The translations under genes were made by a program, and so were the position numbers. Below, one piece after another: positions 14,754 through 29,772 of a stretch of DNA of 64,000 nucleotides (the first letter of the stretch is position 1; every line of letters begins with the position of its first letter). The notes below the pieces were generated by a model. It had not been told where the DNA came from and ran no database searches. It saw only the letters and a program-made list of their open reading frames with translations. The stretch is from NCBI RefSeq assembly GCF_009914755.1, contig NC_060925.1; one strand, given 5' to 3'. Source of the DNA: the human T2T-CHM13v2.0 reference genome, Homo sapiens.

Positions 14754-15649
14754 TAGTGAGATAAGATTAAAAAAAAAATCTCTTCTCTTGGGTGAAGAGA
14801 GCATTTGATAATCTGTTTTATAAAACAGCCATCTGTACAGTTTCCTTAAAGAGAAGTCGTTCTTCATCCTTTTGCAATAGGTTTGATTACCCTATTTTAT
14901 TTTTACATACAACACTGGTTATGTAAAGTTAAGGGCAGCCTCATGATGGGCCAGCAGTTACCTCCATGCAGGTAGGAGGCAGCGAATTGTGGCCCATTTT
15001 TTGCCTCTGCTGAGTATTCTACACCAATGACCAAGCAGCCTCTGGGGGGCAGCAGAACACCGGATAAGACTACTGTGCCCTGGGCTGTCAGGCTTTTCTG
15101 ACTTGTCATCCAACCCCTCGTTTGTGTCCTTGGCTCAGTGCCCAACCTTCTCTTTGCCTAGCAAAACTCATCCTCTTGGCCTTGTCAGAATGAGAGCCTT
15201 CGCCCTTCAGCCTCCTTTGCCCCACTGTCTTCACTCACACCCTTCTCCCCTGCACTCTGGAACCTTTGTGGTCTACTTTGTACCATGTCACATAGCTTAA
15301 TGATGGGAATTGTTTGCTATTGTTTCACAAGCAGGTTTGCCCATCCTTATAGCAAGAACAAAGTCATGTCTGTTTCCCATAATGCCAGGAATTCCCTGAA
15401 GGCCTAAAGACATGCTCAACAGCAGGTGGAATATCCATTAATCTGTAGTGAGTGCTTGATGCCTATTTGCTAATTTGATTGTCAAGATGGTCCTGTTTTT
15501 GCACAAAGGAAAGTATTGGCTTTGCTTTACTTATTTCTGAAACTGCTACATTCTCACATGCCTTCAAGTTTAATTGTTCCTGATTGGGGTGAAATATAGA
15601 GGACTTTAAAAATTAGCCCAGGGTTGTAATAGAAGCAGTAAGTTGGCTG

Positions 15650-15760
15650 TACAGATGCAGATTTGCATCTTTGTCTTTCTCCTTCCCAGCTGTGTACCTT
15701 GGGCAAATTAATTTCTCAACCTCAGTTTCCTCACCCATAAAATGGGATTATCTAAGGTGA
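15650..15760 (+). mobile_element. MIR core
   Basis: gctgtgtaccttgggcaaatta...cctcagtttcctcacccataaaatggga. Confidence 0.75.
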
Positions 15761-15813
15761 TCAAATAATTTATTATCTAAACTGGAAACTGGAACACATT
15801 TGAGAGTGGAGGA

Positions 15814-16562
<749 letters not shown>

Positions 16563-16657
16563 AGTGGCACAGTTTTATCATAGAGTCTTTTAAAAGATTT
16601 ATTGCCTGATAAGTTGTTTTTATTTTTAGCCTGCCTACCTATACAGTTGTTCTATTA

Positions 16658-16947
16658 AGCCAGGTATAGTGACTCATACCTGTAATCCTTGCACTTGGGA
16701 GGCTGAGACAGGAGGTTCACTTGAGGCTAGGAGTTCAAGACCAGCCTAGGCAACTTTTATATCATCTCTACAAAAAAAGTTTTAAATTAGCTGGGTGTGG
16801 TGGTGCATGCCTGTAGTCCCAGTTACTTGGGGGGCTAAAGTGGGAGGATTATCTGAGTTCAGGAGTTTGAGGTTGTGGTAAGCTGTGACTGCACCACTCT
16901 ACTCCTGCCTGGGTAACATCTAGAGATGCTATCTCTAAAAATAAAAT
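16658..16947 (+). mobile_element. AluJ
   Basis: Diverged dimer with J-type segments. Confidence 0.9.
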
Positions 16948-17649
16948 AGTCCTGTTGAAAACATTTTGAATAGAACAATTTCCTCTCTAAAAACAATTTT
17001 ATTTCCTCTTCAAAAACAAGTTTGATCTCCTCCCCTAAATTAATATATAAACAGGACAAATGCTAAATTGTTTAAAATGCTGGGGCAGTAGGTATAAACT
17101 ATACATATGGTGCTTTAAAGAATCAAAGTGGTACATGTAAGTGTCTAGTACTTGGAACATACTGTGTATTCAGAAAAGGATTTTTTCATTTTCCTTCCTG
17201 GAGGAAGGTTGGACAAAGAAGCACTGATCAGCAATAAAGGCCTATGGGCTTTTTAAAAAGGCTATTGCAAGAAGGGTATGCTCCTAGCTTTCCAGGTCCT
17301 AACAGCTCAAGGTGTGAGTTTTGTCCAACTCAAGCAGGAAATTACTGATTGAAGAACATAGTACTGTCTCTACGTACTCAGGCAGCTGTCTCAGCAATGG
17401 AGAACATACCCAGGGGACAGCTATGCATTTTGTCTGGTACTTTGGCTGCCCTGTGAGCACAGAGCTCTTTTCTTTATTGTGAATTCACGACTGCTTCTGG
17501 GCAACCTGCCTAGAAAGCTGGGGAACCGTCTCTGGCACCCATCTGCTGCACCCAGCTCCTGCCTGCTTAGGAACGTGATCTTACCAATTGCATTTAAATA
17601 ATGGGTTTACCATAAACTTAATAGTTTGAGCTGTAAAATCCACACTTGC

Positions 17650-18015
17650 TGTATTAGTCCATTTTCATACTGCTATGAAGAAATACCCAAGATTGGGTAA
17701 TTTATAAAGAAAAAACACTTTAATGGATTCACATTTCCACATGGCTGGGGAGGCCTCACAATCATGGCAGAAGGTGAAGGAGAAGCAAAGGCACATCTTA
17801 CATGGCGCCAGGCCGGAGAGCATGTGCAGGGGAACTGCCCTTTATACAACCATCAGATCTCGTGTGAGACTTATTCGCTATCATGAGAACAGCATAGGAA
17901 AAACCCACCCCCATGATTCAATTACCTCGCGCTGGGTCCCTCCCATGACACGTGGGGATTATGGGAGCTACAATTCAAGATGAGATTTGGGTGGGGTCAC
18001 AGCCAAACCATATCA
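17650..18015 (-). mobile_element. THE1 (THE1C-like) MaLR solo LTR
   Basis: tgtattagtcc...ccaaaccatatca termini; 5-bp TSD cttgc/cctgc. Confidence 0.92.
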
Positions 18016-18370
18016 CCTGCCTTGAAGGTTGCTGGCCTCATGTAGCCAGAAGCTTAACTGCCATTCTGTGATTGGATTTCCAGGGTTGGGCCCATCCCTT
18101 TCAGAAACTCTAAATTCATGACTTCTTGCCCTGCCTCTTGTAAGTGCTATTTTGCTCTAGTAATGAGAGCTCTTGAGCCTGTGTGTTCATTTAACCTAAC
18201 ACCCTGCAGAGCTAAGGCTTGGGTTTTCGCCAACTCCTTGTGGGATGGAGAATCCAAGGAATCTGGCCTCTTGGAAGTGAGGAAGGATCTGCATATGTGA
18301 ACAGCAGTATGTGACAGGATAGTCAAGCTGGGGAGCAGATAGAGTTGCAGGGCAGCCCTCTGTATGTCTC

Positions 18371-18393
18371 CTAACAGCCTCTTCTTTCTCTAG
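18371..18393 (+). promoter_or_regulatory. Branch point (CTAAC), polypyrimidine tract and 3' splice site
   Basis: ctaac at 18371-75 (branch A ~20 nt upstream of the exon), followed by cctcttctttctctag. Confidence 0.7.
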
Positions 18394-18595
18394 GTATGTG
18401 TACATTCCAGTGGGCGGGTCCCAGCATGGCCTGCTGGGGACACTGTTTTCCACGGCGATGACATTTGCATTTGTGAGCTACTGGCATGGCGGCTACGACT
18501 ACCTCTGGTGCTGGGCAGCGCTCAACTGGCTGGGAGTCACTGTGGAGAATGGAGTCCGGAGGCTGGTGGAGACTCCCTGCATCCAGGACAGTCTG
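18394..18595 (+). CDS. HHAT: HHAT internal coding exon (202 nt; codons ~R348-L415; catalytic His379 codon CAT at 18485-18487)
   Basis: Translates to (R)YVYIPVGGSQHGLLGTLFSTAMTFAFVSYWHGGYDYLWCWAALNWLGVTVENGVRRLVETPCIQDSL, recognised as human HHAT MBOAT core. Acceptor cttctttctctAG (AG 18392-93), donor GTGAGC at 18596. Joins in phase 0 to the exon at 54049. Confidence 0.98.
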
Positions 18596-18829
18596 GTGAG
18601 CAGGATCCTTGCTCCTGTGTTAGGGGACAGTGGAACTAGGCAGATCAGGTTTATTAGGGATGGGGCCATCAGATTCCCTGCCCCCACTATGGGCCCTTTC
18701 TACTAGGTTGGTTCAAAGTCCATATGCCTAGAGGCAAGACAGCTGGAAAAGAAGCTTCTGTAGTGCATATATGTGTGTTTGTGCATGGGTGTGTGTGTGT
18801 ATATATAACTATAAAAAATGTATTATGTA

Positions 18830-19330
18830 AAAATTAGAACATTTAAACAAGAAAATAACCTCTCAACAGAAACCATGTTAAGATCCATTCTTCTAAATTT
18901 TTTCCATGTGTATATACAAACAGACATATGTATATAACATTAAAACAAATGCTATTACAGAGAGATGATTGTATCGGGACCATCTTTTTAAGTCACTGAG
19001 TCCATACCTAACCACCCTTTTTAATGGCTACATAGAATTCCCTTACGTGGATATGCCATAATTTATTTTAGTCTCCTATTATTAGTAATCATATTATTCT
19101 AAAGATTTTTTGCAACTATCAACTGTATTAAGATGAATATCATAACCAGGATGAATTCTCGTAAGTGAAATTTCCAGGTTCAAGGTTTTTCTCATCTTTA
19201 ATGTTCATTATGTATATTGCTTATTAACTCTTAACTGCCCTGTAGACAAAAGTACACTAATTTGTATTTCTACCAATGGTGCATAAGAATGACCTTGCTA
19301 ATACTGAGTATAACTGGAATTTTAAATCCT
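18830..19330 (-). mobile_element. Ancient L1ME fragment
   Basis: ttaatggctacatagaattcc...gatatgccataatttatt typical of antisense L1ME; boundaries approximate. Confidence 0.55.
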
Positions 19331-20873
19331 TGATAGGTATTGTATATAGTAGTATAAAAAACAGCTAAGGTTTTTAAGAAGCAGTTCAACTTTACAGGAA
19401 AATGATTTGGAAAATCAATTAAGCATTTCTCTTTACACATATATTTTAAGTGATTTTAAACTATGGGCATAGCTTTTATCTTGCGAATGTGATATATGAT
19501 ATATTACAATCTTGTAGGAAATCATCAGTTCTGAAGATGTAGCAATATTCCTCTAACCCCGAAAAAAGTAGCTAAAAAGAAATGTGCTGGCATCAGTGTT
19601 CATGGCAGGCAATCACACACAGAAAATTTGAAAAATGATTAATGTGGCTACATTCCACCCAGTGTGAATAACTAAAGCAAATGCACTTTAAAAAGCCCTG
19701 TCAAAACAGAATACATTTACATATGTTTTTATAAAGATAGCCATAGTACAAGTGGACAGTTATTTCAATAAAAACTGAAATAAACCGAGTAGTCAAACAA
19801 CACATTGGAGGGGATTTAAATATGCTCATGTATGTATAAAGATAAATATTTTTCCAGCCATCAGCAGGAAAGAAATGCCAGTGGATTCTAACAGAAAATG
19901 TTATTTCAGTGAAAGCCATGGCTATGTAACACACAGGAAAACCAAAAAGGATGGTATCATAAAGATTTTAATCTTCATCCTCAAATCTGAGCATTCTGCT
20001 CCAAAGCCTGAAAACACAGTTACCACCTTTGAAAGTCAGAAGGTTCTTTTCAGCCCAGTCTGTAGCCCTGCAACACATTTCTGTGCTCTTTCATGAAGCA
20101 AGTAACATTAACCTTGAACTTAATGTTAAGCAGTGCTCTGTGGCCTTTGAGCCATAGCTTATGCTAGTAATAATTTTAGAAATCTAAAACATTCGAGTAA
20201 CCCAACTGTGCCATGTAGCCTGTGACCTGTTCATTTTGGTTCAAAATAAATCAAGGCATCAAGCACACTTACTCACAGGATGAAGCTCTTGCTTGTCTAC
20301 CTTGCTCCATCACACCTTGCTCCAGGACTCACTCATTCACCTCACTTGACCTTCCATCTACAATTCAGGTACCTTGGTACATAGTAATTTTTGATATGCA
20401 TTTTTTTGGCAAAATATTTGTCTTATATGTTGCAAGTATGATGTTTGGCTTGCATATTTATTGAGCAAGAATATATGAAACTTATTTTTATCACCTACAA
20501 GCCTGGTAGGCAGTTACAGCTATTTAGACGATGGACTCCTTGAGTACATGGCCAGGTTCCCATTACTCTGTTTATCCCCATTGTCTGAGTGAGCCTCAGT
20601 GTTAAATCAGTGCACAATTAGTGCTTTCATATCAGGTTGATTCTTTAGTTCTTCCTCCACTTGCCCAGACATAGAGTCTTCCTCCAGTACCCTGTTTCTT
20701 ATGTAGTTCCACACAACATCCAAATGCACACAATTTTTTGAGTAAACTATTTCCCCACTTAGGTTACCCTTCTTCCCTCTCTTTTCATGAATCAATTTCC
20801 TGTTCTTCTGTCAAAATCCAAATGAAGACTTACTGGCTTTGTGAGTTAATTATGCATGCCCCTCACATCCTCA

Positions 20874-21324
20874 GTAGTATTCAGAGTTCTCCAGAGAAAC
20901 AGATCAATAGGATGTGTGTGTATTTTGGTAGGGGGATAGGGATGACGGTAAAGAAATTTAGTATACAGAATTAGACCATGTGATTTTGTAGGCTGAGAAA
21001 TTCAGACCCAGGAGAGCTGATGGTGTAAGTTCCAGTCCAAAAAAAAAAAAAAAAAAAAAAAAAAGGCAAGAGAAGACCAGTGTCCTAGCTCAAAGACAGT
21101 CAGGCTTGAAGACAGAAAAAAATATTGTGTTAGCTTTCTATTCTATTCAGAACTTCAACAGATTGGATGAGGCCCACTCACATTAGGGAGGGAAATCTGC
21201 TTTATTCAGTCTACTGATTCAAATGTTAATCTCATCCAGAAACGCCTTCACCAGAACACCCATGAATAATACTTAAGTGAATATTTGGGCCCAGTCAGGT
21301 TTACAAATAAAATTAACCATCACA
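20874..21324 (-). mobile_element. MLT2B-like ERVL LTR with internal A26 tract
   Basis: gttctccagagaaacaga...gattggatgaggcccac...aaaattaaccatcaca. Confidence 0.85.
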
Positions 21325-23379
21325 CCCTTTCTTCATGGTGTATATCCTTCATCTGTTTTATTAAGATAGATTAGCAGATCTCTAAATAACAAAAATTATT
21401 TTTTCTTTGTCATATCTTCTTTACAAAAAATGTTTGTGGGTACATAGTAGGTGTTTGTATTTATGGGGTACATGAGATATTTTGATACAGGCATGCAATG
21501 TTTAATTATCACATGGGGGTAAATGGGGTATCCATCATCTCAAGCATCTATCCTTTCTTTGCGTTACAACCAATCCAATTATACTCTTCCAGTCAGTTTT
21601 AAATATGTAATAATTGTTGACTGCAGTCACCTTGTTGTGCTACCAAATACTACATCTTATTCTATATAGCTATATTTTTGTGCTCATTAACCATCATTCC
21701 CCCCAACTACCCTTCCAAGCCTCTGGTCATCATCCTTTTACTCTCTGTCTCCACAAGTTCAGTTGTTTTAATTTTTAACTCCCACAAACAAGTGAGAACA
21801 GGTGAAGTTTGTCTTCTGTGTCTGGCTTATTTCCCTTAATTACTTCCAGTTCCATCCATGTTGTTGCAAAAGATAGGCCCTCATCCTTTTTTATGGCTGA
21901 ATAATACTCCATTGTGTATATGTACCACATTGTCTTTATTTGTCTTTTGATGGACACTCAGGTTGCTTCCAAATCTTGGCTATTGTGAATAGTACTACAG
22001 TAAACATGGGAGTGCAAATATCTCCTTAATTTACCGATTTCCTTTCTTTTGAGTATATCCCAAGCCATAGGACTGCTGAATCATATGATAATTCTGTTTT
22101 TAGTTTTTTGAGGAACCTGTGAACTGTTTTCCATACCGTGGTCTTGTACTAATTTACATTCCCACCAACAGTGTACAATGATGCCCTTTTCTCCACATCC
22201 TTACCAGCTTTTTAGATAAAAGCCATTTTAACTGGGGACAGATAATATCTTATTGTAGTTTTGATTTGAATTTTTCTGACTTTAGTGTTGAGCACTTTTT
22301 CATATACCTGTTTGCCATTCATATGTCATCTTTTTAGAAATGTCTATTCAGATCTTTGCCCATTTCTTAATCAGATTATTAGGTTTTTTCCCCGTAGAGT
22401 TGTTTGAGCTCCTTATATATGCTGGTTATTAATACCTTGTCAGATGGACAGCTGACAGATATTTTCTCCCATTCTGTGGGTTGTCTCTTCACTTTGTTGA
22501 TTGTTTCCTTTACTGTGCAAAAAACTTTTAACTTGATGTGATCCCATTTGTCTATTTTTGCTTGGTTGCCTGTGCCTATGGGGTATTACTAAAGAATTAT
22601 TTGCTAACTCCAGTGTCCTGGCAAGTTTCTCCAGTGTTTTCTTTCAGTAGTTTCATATTGTGAGACCTTAATTTAAGTCTGTAGTTCATTTTGATTTGAT
22701 TTTTTTTAATATGGTGAGAGATAGGGGTCTAGTTTCATTCTTCTTTATATGGATATCCAGTTTTCCCAGCACCATTTTTTGAAGAGATTGTCTTTCCCCC
22801 AGTGTATGTTCTTGGCACTTTTGTTGAAAATGAGTTCACTGTTGATGTGTGGATTTGTTCCTGGGTTCTCTATTCTGTTCCACTGATCTATGTGTCTGTT
22901 TTTGCCCAATACTGTACTATTTTGGTTACTAGAGCTTTGTCGTATATTTTGAAGTTAAGTAATGTGATTCCTCCAGTTTTGTAATTTTTCCTCAGAATAG
23001 CTTTGGTTATTCTGTGTCTTTTGTGGTTCCATATAAGTTTTAGGATTTTTTTTTTAAATTTCTGTGAAGAATGTCCTTAGTATTTTGATAGAGATTGCAT
23101 TGAATCTGTAGATTACTTTAGGTAATATGGATGTTTTAACAATATTGATTATTTCAATCCATGAACATGGAATATCTTTCCATTTTTTGTGTCCTCTTCG
23201 ATTTCTTTCATCAGTGTTTTATAGTTTTCATTGTGGAGATATTTCACTTCTTTGGTTAATTCCTAGGTATTTAATTTTATTCATAGCTATTATAATTGGG
23301 ATTACTTTCTTGATTTCTTTCTCTTAGTCTGGCTAAAGGCTTGTCAATTATATGCATCTTTTCAAAAAACCAACTTTTC

Positions 23380-23634
23380 TTTTTTTTTTTTTATTATACT
23401 TTAAGTTCTAGGGTGCATATGCACAAGGTGCAGGTTTGTTACATATGTATACATGTGCCATGTTGGTGTGCTGCACCCATTAACTCATCATTTACATTAG
23501 GTATATCTCCTAATGCTATCCCTCCCCGCTTCCCCCACCCCACGACAGACATGGGTGTGTGATGTTTCCCTTCCTGTATCCAAGTGTTCTCATTGTTCAA
23601 TTCCCACCTATAAGTGAGAACATGCGGTGTTTGG
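23380..23634 (-). mobile_element. Truncated L1PA (PA4/5-like) 3' end
   Basis: Perfect 16-bp TSD AAAAAACCAACTTTTC at 23364-79 and 23635-50. Confidence 0.93.
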
Positions 23635-25467
23635 AAAAAACCAACTTTTCATTTCATTGATTTTTGTATTTTCATTGTTTCAATTTTATGTATTTCTTCT
23701 CTGATCTTCGTTTCCTTTGTTCTAATTTTGGGTTTGTTTTGCTCTTTTCTAATTCTTTAAGGTGCATCATTAGGTTATTTTTAGTTTTTCTACCTTTCTG
23801 ATGTAGGTGCCTATAGCTATAACTTTCCTCTTAGTACTTCTTTTGCTATATCCCATCAGTTTTGGCATGTTGTGTATCCATTATCATTTGTTTCAAGGAG
23901 TTTTTCAGTTTCTTAAGTTCTTCATTGACCCTCTGTCATTCAGGAGCATATTGGTTAATTTCCCTGTGTTCGTATAGTTTCCAGAATTCCTCTTGTTATT
24001 GATTTCTGCTTTTATTCCATTGTTCAGAGAAGATAGTGGATATCATTTCATTTTTAAAAATGTTTTAAGACTTATTTTGTGGCCTAACATATGGTCTATC
24101 CTTGATAAAGATCCATACGTGGAGGAGAAGAATGTGTATTCTGCAGCCATTGGTACAGAAATGTTCTGTAAATGTCGATTAGGTCCATTTGACCTGTGCT
24201 GCTGGTTAAAGCTGATGTTTCTTTGTTGATTTTCTGTTTGGATGATCTAATTCTGAAAGTGGGGTGTGTAATTTCTTCAGCTGTTATTGGGGTATCTCTC
24301 TTTAGCTCTAATAATATTTGCTTTATACATGTGGGTGCTCCAATATTGGTTGCATATGTTATTTACAACTGTTATATCTTCTTGCTGAATTGATCCCTTT
24401 ATCATTATATAATGATGATATGTAGCTTTGTCTCTTTTTATAGTTTTTATCTTGAAATCTATTTTGTCTGATTTAAGTATAGCTGCTGATGTTCTTTTTT
24501 GGTTTCCATTGGCATGGAATATCTTTTTCCATTTCTTTACTTTCAGTCTATGTGTCTTTATAGGTTAAGTGTGTTTCTTGTAGCCCACAGATTATGGGGT
24601 CCTGTTTTTTAATCTATTCAGCCGCTCTGTCTTTTGATTGGACAGTTTAGTCTATTTACATTCAATGTTATTATTTATACATAAGGACTTCCTCTTGCCA
24701 TTTTACTATTTGTTTTCTGTTTTATGGTCTTCTCCTTCTTTCCCTCCTTTCTGTCTTTTAGTGAAAGTGATTTTCTCTGGTGGTGTGTTTTAATTTGTTG
24801 CTTTTTGTGTATCTGCAGTGTGTTTTTTGATTTGAAATTACCACGAGGCTTGCAAATAATCTTATCACCCATTATTTTAAACTGACATCTTAACACTAAT
24901 TGCATAAACAAATTAATAAGCAAAGAGAAAACGAATAAAAACTCTACACTTTAACTTTGTTTGCACTGCTTTTAACTTTTTGTTGTTTTTGTTTATGTCT
25001 CATTGTACTATCTATGTCTTTAAAAGTTGTTGTTGTTATTTGTTTGTGTTTTAGTCTTTCTACTCAATATATGAGTAGTTTGTAGGCCACAATTACATTG
25101 TTATAGTATTCTGTGTTTTCCTGTGTACTTGATATTGCCAATGAGTTCTGCACCTTCAGATGATTTCTTACTCCTTATTAACATCCTTTTCTTTCAGATT
25201 GAAGAACTGCCGTTGGCATTTCTTGTTCTGGTGTTGATGAAATTCCTCAGCTTGTTTGTCTGGGCAAGTCTTTATTTCTCCTTCGTGTTTGAAGGATATT
25301 TTTGCTGAATATACTATTTTAGGATAAAAGTTTTTTTCCTTCAGCACTTTATGTCTTGCTACCCTCCCCTGAACTGTAAGGTTTCCATTGAAAAATCTTC
25401 TGCCAGATGTGTTGGAGCTGCAATGTATGTTATTTGTTTCTTTGCTCTCGTTGCTTTTCAGATTCTT

Positions 25468-26784
<1,317 letters not shown>

Positions 26785-29617
26785 TTATCTTGAGGTAGTC
26801 TTATGTGGGTTAAATCTATTTGATGTTCAGTAACCTTCCTGTACTTGAATACTGATATCGTTCTCTAGTTTGGGGAAGTTCTCTGATATTATCTCTTTGG
26901 AGAAATGTTCTACCCCTGTCTTTTCCTTTCTTTACCTCCCTTTTAAGGCCAGTAACTCTTAGATTTGCCTTTTCGAGGCTATTTTCTAGATCTTATAGGC
27001 ATGCTTCATTCTCTTATATTCTATCTCTTCTGACTATATTTTCATATAGCTCATCTTCAAGTGTGCTAATTCTTTCTTCTGCTTGATCAGTTCTGCTAAG
27101 AGACTCTGAGGCATTCTTCAGTATGTCAGTTGCATTTTTCATCTTCAGAATTCCTGCTTGATTCTTTTTAATTATTTCAGTGTCTGTTAAATTTATCTGA
27201 TAGTAGTTTGAATTCCTTCTCTGTTTTGTCTTGAACTTCATTTAGTTTCCTCAAAGTAGCTATTTTGAATTCTCTGCCTGAAAGGTCACATATCTTTGTG
27301 TCTCAGTGATTTACTCCTGGTGCCTTCTTTAGTTCGTTCACTGAGGTCATATTTTCATGGATGGTTGTCATGCTTATGGATGGTGCATTGGTATTTGGCC
27401 ATTGAAGAGTTAGGTATTTATTGTAGTCTTCACAGTTTGGGCTTCTTTGTGCCTATCCTTCTTGGGAAGGCTTTCCAGGTATTTGAAGGGACTTGGGCAT
27501 TGTGATCTAAGTTTTCGGTTGCTCTAACTGTATTTGCATTACGGGGCACCCCATGTCCAGTAATACTGTGGGTCTTGCAGACTCATAGAAGTACTATCTT
27601 GGTTATCTTAGAGAAGATCCAGAAGAATTATCTGGATTGTCAGGTAAAGACTCTTGTTCTCTTCCCTTACTTTCTCCCAGACAAATGGAGTCTGTGTGCT
27701 AAACTGCCTAGAGCTGGAGGTGGAGTGACACAAAAACTCCTGTGGGCCACCACTACTGGGACTGCACTGGGTCAGACCTGAAGCTAGCACAGTACTGGGT
27801 CTTGCCCATGACCTACAATAACTACTGCCTGGCTACCACCTATGTTTGCTCAAGGCCCTAGCGTTCTATAATCAGCAGGTGGCAAAGGCAGCCAGACTTG
27901 TATCCTTCCCTTCAGGGTTATGGGTTCCTCCTGGTCCTGGGTGGGTCCTAAGATGCCATCCAGGAGCCAGGTCCTGGAGTCAGAAACCTTAGGAATCTAC
28001 TTGGTACATTATTCTACTACAGCTGAGCTGGCACCCAGGCTGCAATACAAAGTCCCTGCCACTCTTCCTTCTCCTTTCCACAAGCAGAGGAGTCTTCTCC
28101 CTTGGCTACCACCACCCCAGGCTTGTGGCAAGTACTGCTTGGCTATTGCCAGTGTTCATTCAGGGTCCAAGGGCTCTTCATTCAGCTTGTGATGAATGCT
28201 GCCAAGCCTGGGTCCTTCCTTTCAGGACAGTAGGCTCCCTTCTAGTCCAAGACAGGTACAGAAATGTCTGAGCCAAAACCTGGAACTGGGGACCCCAAGA
28301 GCCTACTCGGTGCTCTACTCCACTGTGGGTGAGCTGATACCTTGGCTGCAAAACAAAGTCCTCTTTCCTCTTCCCTCTTCTTTTTTCAAGCAGAAGGAGT
28401 TCCCCATAGCTACCACAACAGGGAATGTGCTATGTCATGCCTGAAGCCAGCAAGTCTCTGAGTCATACCAAAAGCCCACAGCAAGCACTGCCTGGCTACC
28501 ACTGTTGATTATTCAGGGCCTAAGGGCTCTTTTGTCAACAGGTGATTTATTTTGTCAGGACTGCATCCTTCCCTTCAAAGCAGTGGGTTCCCTTTTGGCC
28601 CAGGGTGTGTCTAGAAATGTCTGGGAGGTAGGGGTTGGGATGGGGGCCTCAAAACTCTGCCTGGCCCCCTATCTTACTGTGGCTGAGCACGTATCCAAAT
28701 TGCAAGACAAAGTTGTCTTTACTCTTCTGTCTCCTCTTCTCAAGCAGAAGTTTGGAAGGAATCTGTCTTGGAGCTGTGAGCTATGCTGCCTGGGGTTGGG
28801 GGACGGGTGATGCAAGCACTCCCTTGGATGCTCTGGCTGGTGACTCACTAGGTCACGTGTCCCCAAAATCAACTGGCTTGAAGTTGAGCAAAGTATGAGG
28901 ACTTGCTCAGGAATTAGTCCTTGTTGCCTGGACTGCCTTTCAAGTTTATTTATGACCTTAGAGCCCCTTAGCCCTTGGGGACAAGTGTTGCTGGAATCTA
29001 AGTTCTGACCACTGGAATGGATGCTTCCCCTCTGACTAGGGCTGTTCTAAGTGTCCCCTCCACAGGCACTGGGCTGAGTTCTGCCCATCTTTCTGCTGTG
29101 ACAGGGCAGCCCTGAGTTCCAGTGCCAAGTCCCACAGTCACTGTGATCTTTCTCCCCCAAGTGTACAAGTTGTCACTCCCCGTGGCTGCTGTTGGAGGAT
29201 GGAGGAGAGGTGGCATTGCAATTTAAGACTGTCTTTCCTACCCTCTACAGAGCCACTTTCAGTGATACAAAGTTAAAACCAGGTACTGTGATGCTCATCC
29301 AATTTTTGGTTCTTATAAAGGTGAGTTTTTATGTGTAGCTAGTTATTTAATTGGGTGTTCCTGCAGAGAGAATGATTGGTGAAGGCTTCTATTTGGCCAT
29401 CTTGCTTCACCTCCCACTTCTTTCATATCTCCATCTTCAACCCCAAGGCCTTATTTGGGGATCAAAATATAGAAGAATTCTATTTCTTGGTGTTGGTAGA
29501 CTGAGAGCTGAACGTTCACGCAAATACTTGTCAGAGCTGAGTGCTGTAAATAGGAAGCCCTCTGATCGTCTACAACAGGGTTGTCTGATAGAACTCCTGT
29601 GGTGACAGAAATGTTAA

Positions 29618-29772
29618 TTGCACTGTCCAGTACAGTAGCTACTAGCCCCACTGAGCACTTGAAATGTGGCTAGTGCCTATTTAAACTCTGGATTTTAAAT
29701 ATATTTAATTTTAACTAATTTAGATCCCAGTATCTCCCATATGGCTAATGGCTAACATTTTAAACAGTGCAG
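29618..29772. mobile_element. MER3 (hAT-Charlie) MITE
   Basis: gcactgtccag...acagtgcag inverted termini; internal cacttgaaatgtggctagtg. Confidence 0.8.
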
